Below, in pieces: positions 1-9,130 of a stretch of DNA of 35,466 nt. A program made the position numbers and the translations under genes. Every line of letters starts with the position of its first letter. The first letter of the stretch is position 1. The notes under the pieces were generated by a model, which had not been told where the DNA came from, searched no databases, and worked only from the letters and a program-made list of their open reading frames with translations. Source of the stretch: Planctomycetota bacterium (GTDB lineage Bacteria > Planctomycetota > GCA-002687715 > DRQF01); NCBI GenBank assembly GCA_036479435.1, contig JAZGFI010000151.1, positions 1-35,466 of the forward strand, written 5' to 3'.

Positions 1-119
1 GCCTGCGGACGCGGTCCTCTTTTTTGATCAACATCGCTAGCGCGGAAAGAAAACACCCGAAGAGCAAGAAAGAAGAAAAAGCGACGGACATCCCTTGACT
101 AGCGGGGCCCTCTCATGGA

Positions 120-148
120 AGGCACCACAGAGTGACGGCGTGGTGCCT
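120..148. other. Perfect 9-bp inverted repeat (AGGCACCAC-N11-GTGGTGCCT) just downstream of the protease gene; possible terminator-like or stabilising hairpin
   Basis: The inverted repeat is seen directly, 25 nt beyond the protease stop codon. There is no convincing U-tract, so intrinsic terminator function is uncertain. Confidence 0.35.
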
Positions 149-173
149 GGCACCGGATGTGCACTAATGTGAT

Positions 174-2678
174 TTAGGATTTAGAGTTGAGAGGCTCTTC
201 GGTTTCAGGCTCGGGAATCTTGCCGTGGAAGAGGCGAAACTCGGGAACGTCCGTCACTTTCCCCCCGAACTTGGTCATGACCTCGCTGATGGCGCGTTGT
301 AGTTGGCGGTCCTCTTGGAAGTCACTCACATTGGGGCGACCCTTTTGATTGGCCCACGCGCGGCGGAGGCGTGCGCGCAAGTAAATGCGGACATCGTCTT
401 TGGGAAGCGGAGTCGCGAGTTCCTCGTAGAGAGTGTCGAACTCGGGGTACTCGGATGTGGTCTTGTTGTCAGTAATGGCAAGGCGCGCGAAGAGGGCGGG
501 CTGGGGCACGATCTTGTTGTCGATGTACTTCTCGAGTTTGCGGCTCTCGAGGATCTTCTCGATCTGTTCGATCTTCCAGCCATCGATGCGCTTGTTGCGA
601 ACGATCGTGTTGGGGAGGACGCCTCCCTTTTTGATGATCTTTTGCGACTTGTCGCGTTCGGTGTGGATCGACTCGCCGTTGGGGAGGTAGTAGCGCGCGA
701 TGGTCATCTTGATCTCAGGCGCAAGATCATAGCGGCCATTTTCGTTGGCATCCTGATAGTCCTCACCATCGTTGCGGCGGCCGTCCAGGTTGGCGTCGAC
801 AAAGTCTTCGCCTTGATCGTAGGTGCTGTTGCCGTTTTTGTCGCTGTAGTCTTCGGGGCGGTCCCATTTGCCGTTGCGGCTGGCGCCGTCCGTGAAGTCT
901 TCGCCGTTGTCATAGCGGCCATTGCGATTGCGATCGACGAAGCGCTCGCCCTTGTCGTAGATGCCGTTTTTGCGTTTGGAATCTTGGAAGCGTTCGTTCC
1001 CTCGACTGCGAATTCTGATGACGCGCTGCACCGAGCCCTTGCCGAAGGTGCGGGTCCCGACGAGGGTGGCGCGTTTGTGCGATTTGAGGGCTCCGCTCAC
1101 GATCTCACTGGCGCTGGCCGAGAGGCCGTTGACGAGCACGACGATCGGCGCGTCGCGGTGTTTTTGCGACGGCAAGGAACGCTCGTATTCGCGTTCTTTC
1201 ACCCCGGGGCGGCCTTCCCAGTAGCAAACGACTTGGCGTCCTTTGAGAAACTGTCCGGCGATCGCGCGGGCGGCTTCTAAGTAGCCGCCGCTGTTGTCGC
1301 GAAGGTCGAGAATCAGGCCTTTCATGCCGTCTTTTTCGAGAGCATCCAAAGCGATCCCAAGCTCGCGGTTGGTTTCGCCTCCGAAAGTCGTGAGGCGGGC
1401 GTAGCCGATCTTTCCGGGCATCATGCCGTAGATGACCGTGGGGATTTGGATCTTCTCGCGAACGATTTTGAAGTTACGTGTCTTTTCCCAGCCCGAGCGG
1501 AATAGGGTGACCTCGACCACGGTTCCTTCGGGGCCCTTTAGGCGGCTGGTGATCTGGGGCACCGTCTTGCCGAAGGCGTCCCAACCATCAATTTTGACGA
1601 CCCGGTCACCGGGTTCGATGTGCGCCCGGTACGCCGGTCCGCCGAACATGGGCTGCGTCAAGATGAGCGTCTTTGTGTCTTCATCCATCTGGACGTAGGA
1701 CCCGATACCGGAGTAGCTAGGATTCAGACCGTAATTCCAGGCCACAAGTTCATCGCCGGTTAGCAAGTCGGAGTGAGGGTCGAGGGCGCGGAGCATTCCC
1801 TTGACGGCTTGCTCTTCGAGATAAGATACGAGTTCCTTGTCTTTCCAGCCCTGCACGGCCACTTCGTTGTGGAACTGCCTAATCATGGTGAGCGCTTCTC
1901 GAATGAGCGGCAAGTCATCCGCGACTTTGGCTCCGGGCGTGTTCGTGTTGGTCGAGCCGCCGCGGCGGTTTTCGTTTTCTCGACGCGCCATGATCTCCAA
2001 GTACTTGTTGAGAAAACTCATGTGGGAGTAGAGGCGAACGAGGCGACCGCGTTCACTCGGCTCGTCCTCAATCTCTTCGAGAATGGGCATCGCCGTTTCG
2101 TAATCTTTGACGTCGGCGAGGGCTAGGGCTGCGTCGTATCGAATCGCGGGGTCCTTCGCCCGCAGCATTGCCTTCAATTGTTTGGTCGCGGCGTTTTTGT
2201 ATTGCGAACTGAGCTTCCAAGCGCCCCAAAGGAACTTGATACGGGTTGCCGGATCCAGAACGTCGGGGGCAATCTCCCACAGCGGCTTGGCCGCTTCGCC
2301 GATTTCGTTGAAGACCAACAAGTCCACGACTTGGCGTCGGTAGGATTCGTCGTCACTTTTCTTCAGGACCTGCACCAAGGCGGCGACGGCGACTTCTTCT
2401 TCGCCTTGCAGCAAAAGGGCGCGCGCGCAGCCGATACGGACGATCTCAGTTTCCGATTTAAGACCGCGGTTCAAAACAGGATAGGCCTCTTCGCCCAGCT
2501 CAACGAGTTTACTTGAGGCTCGCCAGACGGCGGCTAGATCCTTGGTGGCCAAGGCGGCCACAAGTTTCTCCGCTTCGGCCTTTTGAGCGAACAGCCCCGG
2601 TACAAAGGCCAAGCTGAAGGTCGCTATTAAGACCAGCATCGTGAGTCGCCCGAGTTTGCTTCGCTGGGCATCGGTCAT
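174..2678 (-). CDS. S41 family C-terminal processing peptidase (CtpA/Prc-like) with N-terminal HEAT-like repeats, PDZ domain and an internal acidic repeat insertion
   Basis: Motifs seen: GMLRALDPHS, YSGIG (PDZ start), GPEGTVV, GLILDLRDNSGG, VLVNGLSASASEI (catalytic Ser), GTRTFGKGSVQ (catalytic Lys), KMTIARYYLPNG, and C-terminal DRQLQRA. Start placed at ATG 2678 (MTDAQ...), preceded by AAAGGGA. The hydrophobic N-terminus looks like a signal peptide. Confidence 0.93.
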   Translation of the reverse strand: MTDAQRSKLGRLTMLVLIATFSLAFVPGLFAQKAEAEKLVAALATKDLAAVWRASSKLVELGEEAYPVLNRGLKSETEIVRIGCARALLLQGEEEVAVAALVQVLKKSDDESYRRQVVDLLVFNEIGEAAKPLWEIAPDVLDPATRIKFLWGAWKLSSQYKNAATKQLKAMLRAKDPAIRYDAALALADVKDYETAMPILEEIEDEPSERGRLVRLYSHMSFLNKYLEIMARRENENRRGGSTNTNTPGAKVADDLPLIREALTMIRQFHNEVAVQGWKDKELVSYLEEQAVKGMLRALDPHSDLLTGDELVAWNYGLNPSYSGIGSYVQMDEDTKTLILTQPMFGGPAYRAHIEPGDRVVKIDGWDAFGKTVPQITSRLKGPEGTVVEVTLFRSGWEKTRNFKIVREKIQIPTVIYGMMPGKIGYARLTTFGGETNRELGIALDALEKDGMKGLILDLRDNSGGYLEAARAIAGQFLKGRQVVCYWEGRPGVKEREYERSLPSQKHRDAPIVVLVNGLSASASEIVSGALKSHKRATLVGTRTFGKGSVQRVIRIRSRGNERFQDSKRKNGIYDKGERFVDRNRNGRYDNGEDFTDGASRNGKWDRPEDYSDKNGNSTYDQGEDFVDANLDGRRNDGEDYQDANENGRYDLAPEIKMTIARYYLPNGESIHTERDKSQKIIKKGGVLPNTIVRNKRIDGWKIEQIEKILESRKLEKYIDNKIVPQPALFARLAITDNKTTSEYPEFDTLYEELATPLPKDDVRIYLRARLRRAWANQKGRPNVSDFQEDRQLQRAISEVMTKFGGKVTDVPEFRLFHGKIPEPETEEPLNSKS
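723..998 (-). repeat. Six tandem 15-16 aa coding repeats, consensus approx. GE(D/R)(F/Y)xDxNxNGxYD
   Basis: NERFQDSKRKNGIYDK / GERFVDRNRNGRYDN / GEDFTDGASRNGKWDR / PEDYSDKNGNSTYDQ / GEDFVDANLDGRRND / GEDYQDANENGRYDL, totalling 92 aa (276 nt) read directly from the ORF. Confidence 0.9.
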
Positions 2679-2900
2679 CAGTTTCCCTTTCACTGGGTTC
2701 CCGGCGGCCCTTCAGGCCGCCGCAGAGAGAATCCCTTTAGATCTCGATCGGCCCGATTCCGGACCGCGCTTGAGCCGCTCACCTATTATCGACACGATCC
2801 CGCGCGGCGTTTTCCAGGTGCTTGCTTGAATCCTACGTTCCCCAAACCCCGCAGCTTCGTTGCGAATTCGGGTTCTGTGTCATTTCTGCAGCCGTTTCGT

Positions 2901-3479
2901 TCAGCCAGACTGCAGATGATAGCGGGCGATACCGCTGCCATCGTCTAATTCTTCAACACCCTGACTGACCCTTAACCCGGAAAAAAGTTGGGGTACTTCG
3001 CCGGGGGCCAGGCGAAAGGGCCGGGGTTGAGGCTCATGTCCGCAGGAATTGCCCCCGTGGACCCTCATTTCGAGCAGCAAACTCCCATTTGGCACCAGAG
3101 CCTGCACAAGATGCGCCACCAGATCCCGATTCAAGTAATGAACGTCACAAATGAGCTCGAAGCGAGATATTGCTGGTCGCCAATGGTCGAGATCGGCGAT
3201 GAGGCAAGAAATCTGGGCTTCATTGCGCTCAGCCGTCCAAAACGCCTGCACGGAAGCGTCAATCGCGAGCACGCGGTAGCCAAGCTGAGCGAGGTGGCGA
3301 GCATTACGGAGTCGGCCGCAGCCCACATCTAAGGCCCAAGCCCCGAGTCGAGAGGGTGGCGGCGCCCATTCGAGCACACGGGCCGGGCGATCGTTCTCGG
3401 GTCGATTGGGCCCCGCCTCCGCCCTATCGTGGGCGCCTGCGTACTTCAGATTCCAATGACTTCGTTCGTCGCGACTCAT
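2901..3479 (-). CDS. Class I SAM-dependent methyltransferase (TehB/Methyltransf_25-like)
   Basis: N-terminal WNLKY, motif I ALDVGCGRLRNARHLAQLGYRVLAID, IADLD, FELICDVHYLNR, LVPNGSLL, FRLAPGEVPQLF. Start placed at ATG 3479; the ORF track extends to 3506. Confidence 0.82.
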   Translation of the reverse strand: MSRDERSHWNLKYAGAHDRAEAGPNRPENDRPARVLEWAPPPSRLGAWALDVGCGRLRNARHLAQLGYRVLAIDASVQAFWTAERNEAQISCLIADLDHWRPAISRFELICDVHYLNRDLVAHLVQALVPNGSLLLEMRVHGGNSCGHEPQPRPFRLAPGEVPQLFSGLRVSQGVEELDDGSGIARYHLQSG

Positions 3480-3709
3480 CGCCCCAGTATAGGAGATCGC
3501 CGACAAGGGTGGTGACCAACAGAGAATGGCTGAGGCCTTGAAGGGAAAGGGTATTGAAAATCGTCTGACGCGAACCTTGAGGGTCTAACCCGCAAAGTTC
3601 GCGTCAGACGATTTTCAATACCCTTTGGACCCTCTTTGTTTTGGCCAGATTTCGTTGATTTCTCTATTAACGAAGGTCCACGCCGGCGCGGCTGTCGTCT
3701 GTTTTTTCG

Positions 3710-5290
3710 ATGGACGAAAATTTTGAACTCAATCCCGAAAGCCTCAAGCCTAAGGCCGCAATCCCAGCCACGCGGGTGGTTCGAGTACGGTCGGTGGTGA
3801 TGGATGGGGTTGAGGCTGCGGCGGTGATGGTGGAGGCGACGGAAACCGAATCTGGGCAGGGGATCGATATCGTCGGCCTTCCCGACGTCGCGGTTCGAGA
3901 AAGTCGTCAGCGCATTCTGCGAGCGGTTCGGCGCTACGGGGTGGATATCGCGCAGAAGAAAGTCCTGTTCAACTTGGCTCCTGCCACCCGGCGCAAAGTC
4001 GGAACCGCTTTGGACTTGCCCATGGCCGTCGCCTACATCGCGGCCCGCACCGGCCAAAAGCTCCACTTGAGCCGCCACTTCTTGTTGGCAGGCGAGATCG
4101 CCTTGGATGGTCGCGCCGAGCGGCTTCCCTTTGCCTTACCCGCGGCCGTCTTGGCCCGTCGAATGGGGCTGAGGGGCCTGATCGTGCCGAAATCAGCCCT
4201 TGAAGAAGCCGCCATGGTTGATGGCATTGACGTCTACGGCGTTAGCAACTGCCTCGAAGCGCTCGAGATCTTGCGAGGTGAGGGAAATGTGCCTGCGCGC
4301 GCTGGCGCTAGCCCCGGCGCGGCCGCCCTCGCTGGCCCCGACGATTTTGTGGAGATTCGCGGCCAAGAGGCGGCGAAGAGGGGCTTGGTGATCGCCGCCG
4401 CCGGCGGTCACAACGCCTTAATGGTCGGTCCGCCCGGTTCGGGGAAGACGATGTTGGCGCGCGCTTTACCTGGCATCCTGCCGCCCCTTGAACTCGATCG
4501 TGCCCTCGAAGTGGCTTGCATCCACGCCGGTATCGGTCTTTCGCGCCGCGAGCGCTTCTATCAACCGCCATTTCGTGCGCCGCACCACACCGCGAGTCGC
4601 CAAGCGCTGGTGGGCGGCGGGGCCATCCCGCGTCCGGGCGAGGTCAGCTTGGCTCACCGCGGTGTTTTGTTTTTGGACGAGTTGCCCGAGTTTCAAAAAG
4701 ACGCCTTGGAAGTCTTGCGGCAACCCTTGGAAGACGCCGAAGTTATCATCGCTCGTAGCCGCGAAGTGCGCCGCTACCCTGCGTCTTTTTCCCTGATCGC
4801 CGCGATGAATCCTTGCCCTTGCGGTTGGGCCGATGACCCCAGTGGTCGGTGTTCGTGTACGCCGCGTCAGCTTGCACGCTACCGTGGAAGGATCTCGGGC
4901 CCCTTGCTCGACCGCATCGATCTGCACCTTGCGGTCAGCAGAGTTCCGGTCGAACAGATTCTGGAGGGGACCGCTGGCATGGGAGCCGAGGCGGCTCGCC
5001 AGCAAGTTGCCGCCGCGAGACGTGTGCAACGAGATCGCTACGAGGGCGCCGGATACCGCTTGAATGCTCACTTGCCAAACCGTGACCTGCAACGGCATTG
5101 CCACTTGGACGCTAACTTGCGGCGCCGCCTTATGGATCTCATCCGACATCTCGATTTGTCGGGCCGTGCCTTTGTGCGAGTTCTTCGCGTGGCGCGTACC
5201 CTCGCGGATCTGGACGCGCGCGAAAAGCTAAAAGATGCCGACCTTCTTGAGGCCCTTCAGTATCGTTCCCTCGATCGTGTTCCCTGTTAG
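3710..5290 (+). CDS. comM: YifB/ComM family Mg-chelatase-like AAA+ ATPase
   Basis: IVGLPDVAVRESRQRI, NLAPA, DLPMAV, GQEAAKR, Walker A GPPGSGKT, PFRAPHH, PGEVSLAHRGVLFLDELPEF, AMNPCPCG, ISGPLLDRID, LRVARTLADL. Exact start uncertain. Confidence 0.93.
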   Translation: MDENFELNPESLKPKAAIPATRVVRVRSVVMDGVEAAAVMVEATETESGQGIDIVGLPDVAVRESRQRILRAVRRYGVDIAQKKVLFNLAPATRRKVGTALDLPMAVAYIAARTGQKLHLSRHFLLAGEIALDGRAERLPFALPAAVLARRMGLRGLIVPKSALEEAAMVDGIDVYGVSNCLEALEILRGEGNVPARAGASPGAAALAGPDDFVEIRGQEAAKRGLVIAAAGGHNALMVGPPGSGKTMLARALPGILPPLELDRALEVACIHAGIGLSRRERFYQPPFRAPHHTASRQALVGGGAIPRPGEVSLAHRGVLFLDELPEFQKDALEVLRQPLEDAEVIIARSREVRRYPASFSLIAAMNPCPCGWADDPSGRCSCTPRQLARYRGRISGPLLDRIDLHLAVSRVPVEQILEGTAGMGAEAARQQVAAARRVQRDRYEGAGYRLNAHLPNRDLQRHCHLDANLRRRLMDLIRHLDLSGRAFVRVLRVARTLADLDAREKLKDADLLEALQYRSLDRVPC

Positions 5291-5330
5291 GCTGGGTTCG
5301 CTGTTCGCATTTGCTTTCAGGAGGTCCGCC

Positions 5331-5816
5331 GTGACCGAAGACGCAAAATTCAGTCACCTCGACGCCGAAGGCAGAGCGCACATGGTCGACATCGCAACGA
5401 AGGATGTTACCCAGCGCCACGCGGTCGCGGAATCAACTTTGCGGATGCAAACGGCCACGGCGGCTGCGATCCAAGAGGGCCGCGTCAAAAAAGGCGCCGT
5501 CCTCGGTACGGCGCGCATCGCGGGCATCATGGCCGCCAAACGAACCTCTGATCTCATTCCTTTATGCCACCCCCTGGCCTTGACGTCGGTCACGGTCGAT
5601 TTTGAATTCACTGGTGATGGTGAGCTTCACATCAAGGCGGCCGTCGGCACGACCGGCAAGACCGGCGTTGAGATGGAAGCTCTCATGGCGGCCTCAGTGG
5701 CGGCCCTGACCATCTACGACATGTGCAAAGCCTTGGACCGGGCGATGGTCATCAGCGACACTCAGCTGGTGCACAAGTCCGGTGGGAAAAGCGGCACTTT
5801 CGATCGGGGTTCTTAG
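5331..5816 (+). CDS. moaC: Cyclic pyranopterin monophosphate synthase MoaC
   Basis: FSHLDAEGRAHMVDI, ARIAGIMAAKRTSDLIPLCHPL, TGVEMEAL, LTIYDMCKA, KSGGKSG. GTG start at 5331 preceded by AGGAGG. Confidence 0.96.
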   Translation: MTEDAKFSHLDAEGRAHMVDIATKDVTQRHAVAESTLRMQTATAAAIQEGRVKKGAVLGTARIAGIMAAKRTSDLIPLCHPLALTSVTVDFEFTGDGELHIKAAVGTTGKTGVEMEALMAASVAALTIYDMCKALDRAMVISDTQLVHKSGGKSGTFDRGS

Positions 5817-5863
5817 ATGATGCGACGAGCAAGAACGATGCGAGCCGGTGGAGCGGTCTTAAA

Positions 5864-6910
5864 GTGACACTCAAAGTCGACATTGTTGGCGCGACGGGCG
5901 CGGTAGGGCTTGAGTTGCTGCGTTGTCTTGAACAAAGCTCACTCACACCAGATCGACTTCGGCTTTACGCATCCGCGAAATCCGCTGGTGCAAGCCTTGA
6001 CTACGCGGGACGATCGTTGGCGGTCCTAGCCCTCGACGAAGCGAGTTGGCTCGAAGAAGACAATCCCGCCGACATCGTTTTTTTGGCGGCGAGTGAGGCG
6101 CTCAGTCGTCGCTTGGGCCGCCGACTTGCGGCCCGCGGTCAAATCGTCATCGACAACTCGAGTGTCTTTCGAATGGAAGACGACGTTCCCTTGGTGGTCC
6201 CCGAGATCAATGCCGCCCTGATCAAATCAGGTGAAGCGCGCTTGATTGCGAATCCCAACTGCTCAACGATCGTTGCGTTGATGGCTTTGGCCCCACTTCA
6301 TGAAGCTTTTGGCCTGCGGTCATTTGTCGCTTCGACCTATCAAGCCGTCAGCGGCGTGGGGCAGTCCGGAATCGCGGAACTTAAGGCACAATCACAGGCC
6401 GCTTTGGCGGCGACGTCGAGCGAGGCCGCTGAAGTCGTGGCTGAAGACAGTGCCGCCCAGGTTTTTGCACGTCCCATGGCCTTTAATCTCATCCCTTGGA
6501 TCGGTGAAGGGATGGCGGGCAAAGACACCAGCGAAGAACTGAAAATGCAAAGGGAGGCCCGAAAGATCCTGGCCTTGCCCGATCTGGAGGTTTTTTGCAC
6601 GGCAGTTCGGGTGCCGGTTTTTCGGGCGCACGCGGTCTCAATCGTGGCTGTCTTTCAGAATCAGGCAAAAGTGGCCGCAGCCGCCCAAGTCTTAGAAGGC
6701 ACCTCCGGAGTCCGATTTCAGTGCCCGGGCACGGCCGCCGAAGTTTGGACTCCGCGAGATGCCGCAGCCAAAGATGAGGTCTTGGTCACTCGCCTCCGCG
6801 AAGTGGCGGGCGCGGAACCCCGATTGGGACTGTTTGCGATTGGGGACCAATTGCGAAAAGGCGCGGCCCTGAACGCGGTTCAAATTGCCGAGACTTTTCA
6901 GGGAATCTGA
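5864..6910 (+). CDS. asd: Aspartate-semialdehyde dehydrogenase
   Basis: IVGATGAVG, IDNSSVFRM, VPLVVPEIN, IANPNCST (catalytic Cys), STYQAVSGVG, RVPVFRAH, DQLRKGAALNAVQIAE. GTG start at 5864 is inferred. Confidence 0.93.
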   Translation: MTLKVDIVGATGAVGLELLRCLEQSSLTPDRLRLYASAKSAGASLDYAGRSLAVLALDEASWLEEDNPADIVFLAASEALSRRLGRRLAARGQIVIDNSSVFRMEDDVPLVVPEINAALIKSGEARLIANPNCSTIVALMALAPLHEAFGLRSFVASTYQAVSGVGQSGIAELKAQSQAALAATSSEAAEVVAEDSAAQVFARPMAFNLIPWIGEGMAGKDTSEELKMQREARKILALPDLEVFCTAVRVPVFRAHAVSIVAVFQNQAKVAAAAQVLEGTSGVRFQCPGTAAEVWTPRDAAAKDEVLVTRLREVAGAEPRLGLFAIGDQLRKGAALNAVQIAETFQGI

Positions 6911-7091
6911 AAACAAGGGGCAAACTCCAAAAGCCGCTGGAATGCCCCCCGTCATGCGCTCGTCACGGATGGGGAAGATCGACCGAGACGGCAATCACCC
7001 CCGGGACTTGATTGTTCTGACCGCGCGTGTTTCGATTAAGGTGGAAACTGCGGCTGGATCGAGCCTTACGGGGCGAGGACGAGAGACGACG

Positions 7092-7553
7092 ATGGACCTG
7101 GAACAGCTCGAGCGCCTGATGGCGCTCATGAACGAGAACGACCTCTGCGAGGTTGAAATCGAGACCGAGGAGCAGCGGATCCGACTCAAGAAGTCCGGTG
7201 CCGACACGGTCGTGATGGCGCCAGCTCCTCAGATGATGGCGCCGGCCACACCCTTGCCGAACGCGGCCATGGCCAGCCCCGGGCCTGAAGACATCACCGC
7301 GGTTGAAGGCAACTCCCTCACCTTCAATTCACCCATGGTAGGCACTTTTTATTCGTCGTCTTCGCCGACGTCCGACCCCTTCGTTGCGATTGGCACTAAG
7401 GTCGGTGCCAGCACCGTCCTGTGTATCATCGAAGCGATGAAAGTCATGAATGAGATCACCGCCGACATGGAGGGGGAGGTCACCGAAGTGCTGGTCGCAA
7501 ACGGCGAGGCCGTGGAATACGGCCAACCTCTTTTTACCATCAAGCCTCGCTGA
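7092..7553 (+). CDS. accB: Acetyl-CoA carboxylase biotin carboxyl carrier protein
   Basis: MDLEQLERL N-terminus, Pro/Ala-rich linker, SPMVGTFY, biotinylation motif IEAMKVMNEI, VEYGQPLF. Lies directly upstream of accC. Confidence 0.96.
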   Translation: MDLEQLERLMALMNENDLCEVEIETEEQRIRLKKSGADTVVMAPAPQMMAPATPLPNAAMASPGPEDITAVEGNSLTFNSPMVGTFYSSSSPTSDPFVAIGTKVGASTVLCIIEAMKVMNEITADMEGEVTEVLVANGEAVEYGQPLFTIKPR

Positions 7554-7565
7554 CGGCGCCACCTG

Positions 7566-8909
7566 ATGTTCAATCGAGTCCTCGTTGCCAACCGCGGCGA
7601 AATCGCGCTCCGCATTATCCGTGCGCTCAAAGAGATGAACGTCGAGAGCGTGGCGGTCTATTCCGAAGCGGATGACAACGCTCTTTACCTTCGCTACGCC
7701 GATGAGCAGATCTGCATCGGTCCACCGCCCAGTCCGCGCAGCTATTTGGACATTCCTCAAATCATCTCGGCGGCCGAAGTTGCCAATGTCGACGCGGTCC
7801 ATCCCGGCTACGGATTTCTCTCCGAAAACGCTGACTTCGCTGAGGTTTGTCGGGACTGTAAGATCACTTTCATCGGTCCTGAGCCCGAAACCATCGCGAT
7901 GGTGGGTAACAAGGCGCGCGCCAAGTCCATTGCCCGTGCGGCCAAGGTGCCGGTCATTGAAGGCAGTGAAGGCATCGTAGAGGACGAAGAGGCGGCCTTA
8001 GAAGTTGCCGAGAAAATCGGCTATCCCGTGATCATCAAGGCCTCGGCGGGCGGTGGCGGGCGTGGCATGCGCGTCGCGGCCAATAAGATGGTGCTCCAGC
8101 GCGAGTTCCACGCTGCGCGGGCTGAAGCCGAGGCCTCCTTCGGTAACGGCGATCTTTACGTCGAGAAATTCATCGATCGCCCGCGCCATGTCGAAGTGCA
8201 GATTCTAGCCGATACGCACGGCAACGTACTGCACCTCGGAGAGCGCGATTGCTCCACGCAGCGCCGGCACCAAAAACTGATTGAAGAGTCGCCCTGTCCG
8301 GTCTTGAAGCCGAAAACCCGCAAGGCGATGGGCGAGGCGGCGGTGCGCTTGGCCAAGGCGGCGAAGTATGTGAATGCAGGCACTGTCGAGTTCTTGCTCG
8401 ATTCGCAGGGCAAGTTTTACTTCATGGAGTTCAATAGTCGCTTGCAAGTCGAGCATCCGGTCACAGAAGCGGTGACGGGAATCGACATCGTCAAAGAGCA
8501 GATCCGGATTGCCGCAGGCGAAGAGCTGAAATTTTCGCAGCGTGACATCAAAATTAGCGGCCACGCGATCGAGTGTCGAGTGAACGCGGAAGATCCAGAT
8601 CGCGGCTTTCGGCCCTCACCGGGCCGGGTCGGCCTCTATGTCCCTCCCGGCGGCCCCGGTGTCCGCGTCGACTCCCATTTGTTTTCGAATTACGTGATCC
8701 CGTCCCACTACGACTCGATGGTGGCGAAACTCATCGTGCACAAGCCGACTCGCGAAGAGGCCATCGACACGATGCAGCGCGCGCTCGGGGAGTACATCAT
8801 CGAAGACATCAAGACGACAATTCCCCTCTACCAGCGAATCCTGCGACACGCCGACTTTAGGTCGGGTGAAATCGACACGAGCTTCATCGACACCTTTTTT
8901 GGCAGTTGA
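7566..8909 (+). CDS. accC: Acetyl-CoA carboxylase biotin carboxylase subunit
   Basis: [70 protein letters not shown]. Confidence 0.97.
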   Translation: MFNRVLVANRGEIALRIIRALKEMNVESVAVYSEADDNALYLRYADEQICIGPPPSPRSYLDIPQIISAAEVANVDAVHPGYGFLSENADFAEVCRDCKITFIGPEPETIAMVGNKARAKSIARAAKVPVIEGSEGIVEDEEAALEVAEKIGYPVIIKASAGGGGRGMRVAANKMVLQREFHAARAEAEASFGNGDLYVEKFIDRPRHVEVQILADTHGNVLHLGERDCSTQRRHQKLIEESPCPVLKPKTRKAMGEAAVRLAKAAKYVNAGTVEFLLDSQGKFYFMEFNSRLQVEHPVTEAVTGIDIVKEQIRIAAGEELKFSQRDIKISGHAIECRVNAEDPDRGFRPSPGRVGLYVPPGGPGVRVDSHLFSNYVIPSHYDSMVAKLIVHKPTREEAIDTMQRALGEYIIEDIKTTIPLYQRILRHADFRSGEIDTSFIDTFFGS

Positions 8910-9102
8910 GTCCGATAAGTCGCGGCGTTTCGCGGTGGCTTACACGCTTTGTACCGCTCATCACGTCCTTAGTCGCTAATTCTCGGCGTTTTGGGTTATA
9001 GGCCCTCCGACCGAAGGCCTTTCCGTAGCCGGATTTCCGAAAGAAATCTTGGTGGTGACCCGATGATCTAGAGCTGAGATCGACAGGGGGGGAGTCCCTT
9101 GA

Positions 9103-9130
9103 TTGAGTCGGGCCGCGCGCGACCTATAAT
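9103..9130 (+). promoter_or_regulatory. Putative sigma70-type promoter for the nucleotide-sugar operon
   Basis: TTGAGT (9103-9108), 16-nt spacer, perfect TATAAT (9125-9130), 45 nt upstream of ATG 9176 in GC-rich DNA. Confidence 0.6.

Noticed and set aside
1..91. Possible minus-strand gene start (MSVAFSSFLLFGCFLSALAMLIKKEDRVRR...) running off the window edge
   Set aside because: Only 30 codons are visible, another frame is also open, and there is no recognisable motif.
723..998. Periodic ~45-48 nt pattern considered as a CRISPR array or DNA tandem repeat
   Set aside because: Conservation is at the protein level with degenerate codons. There are no identical direct repeats with unique spacers and no cas genes.
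303..1280. 325-aa + strand ORF, and similar long antisense ORFs (4466-5149, 12230-12826, 15492-16196, 24589-25473, 28462-29190)
   Set aside because: These are shadow ORFs opposite well-supported genes, as expected in GC-rich DNA, and they have no motifs.
174..2678. Idea that the Ctp protease substitutes for the missing exosortase of the EPS locus
   Set aside because: It is on the opposite strand, ~17 kb from the export operon and separated by housekeeping genes. S41 proteases are not known transpeptidases, and nothing in the sequence links them.
3476..4078. 200-aa minus-strand ORF overlapping the comM start
   Set aside because: It is largely antisense to comM, has low-complexity Arg/Pro content, and shows no family motif.
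5235..7091. N-terminal extensions of moaC (from 5235), asd (from 5723) and accB (from 6885) in the ORF track
   Set aside because: They overlap upstream genes and lack family similarity. Downstream starts with RBS-like sequences fit better. The same applies to the 13041, 14234, 16972 and 23273 ORF starts.
9060..9100. GCTGAGA suggestive of a TPP riboswitch, and a glmS ribozyme considered because glmS is nearby
   Set aside because: The other TPP core elements are absent. glmS directly abuts the upstream gene's stop codon, leaving no leader for a ribozyme.
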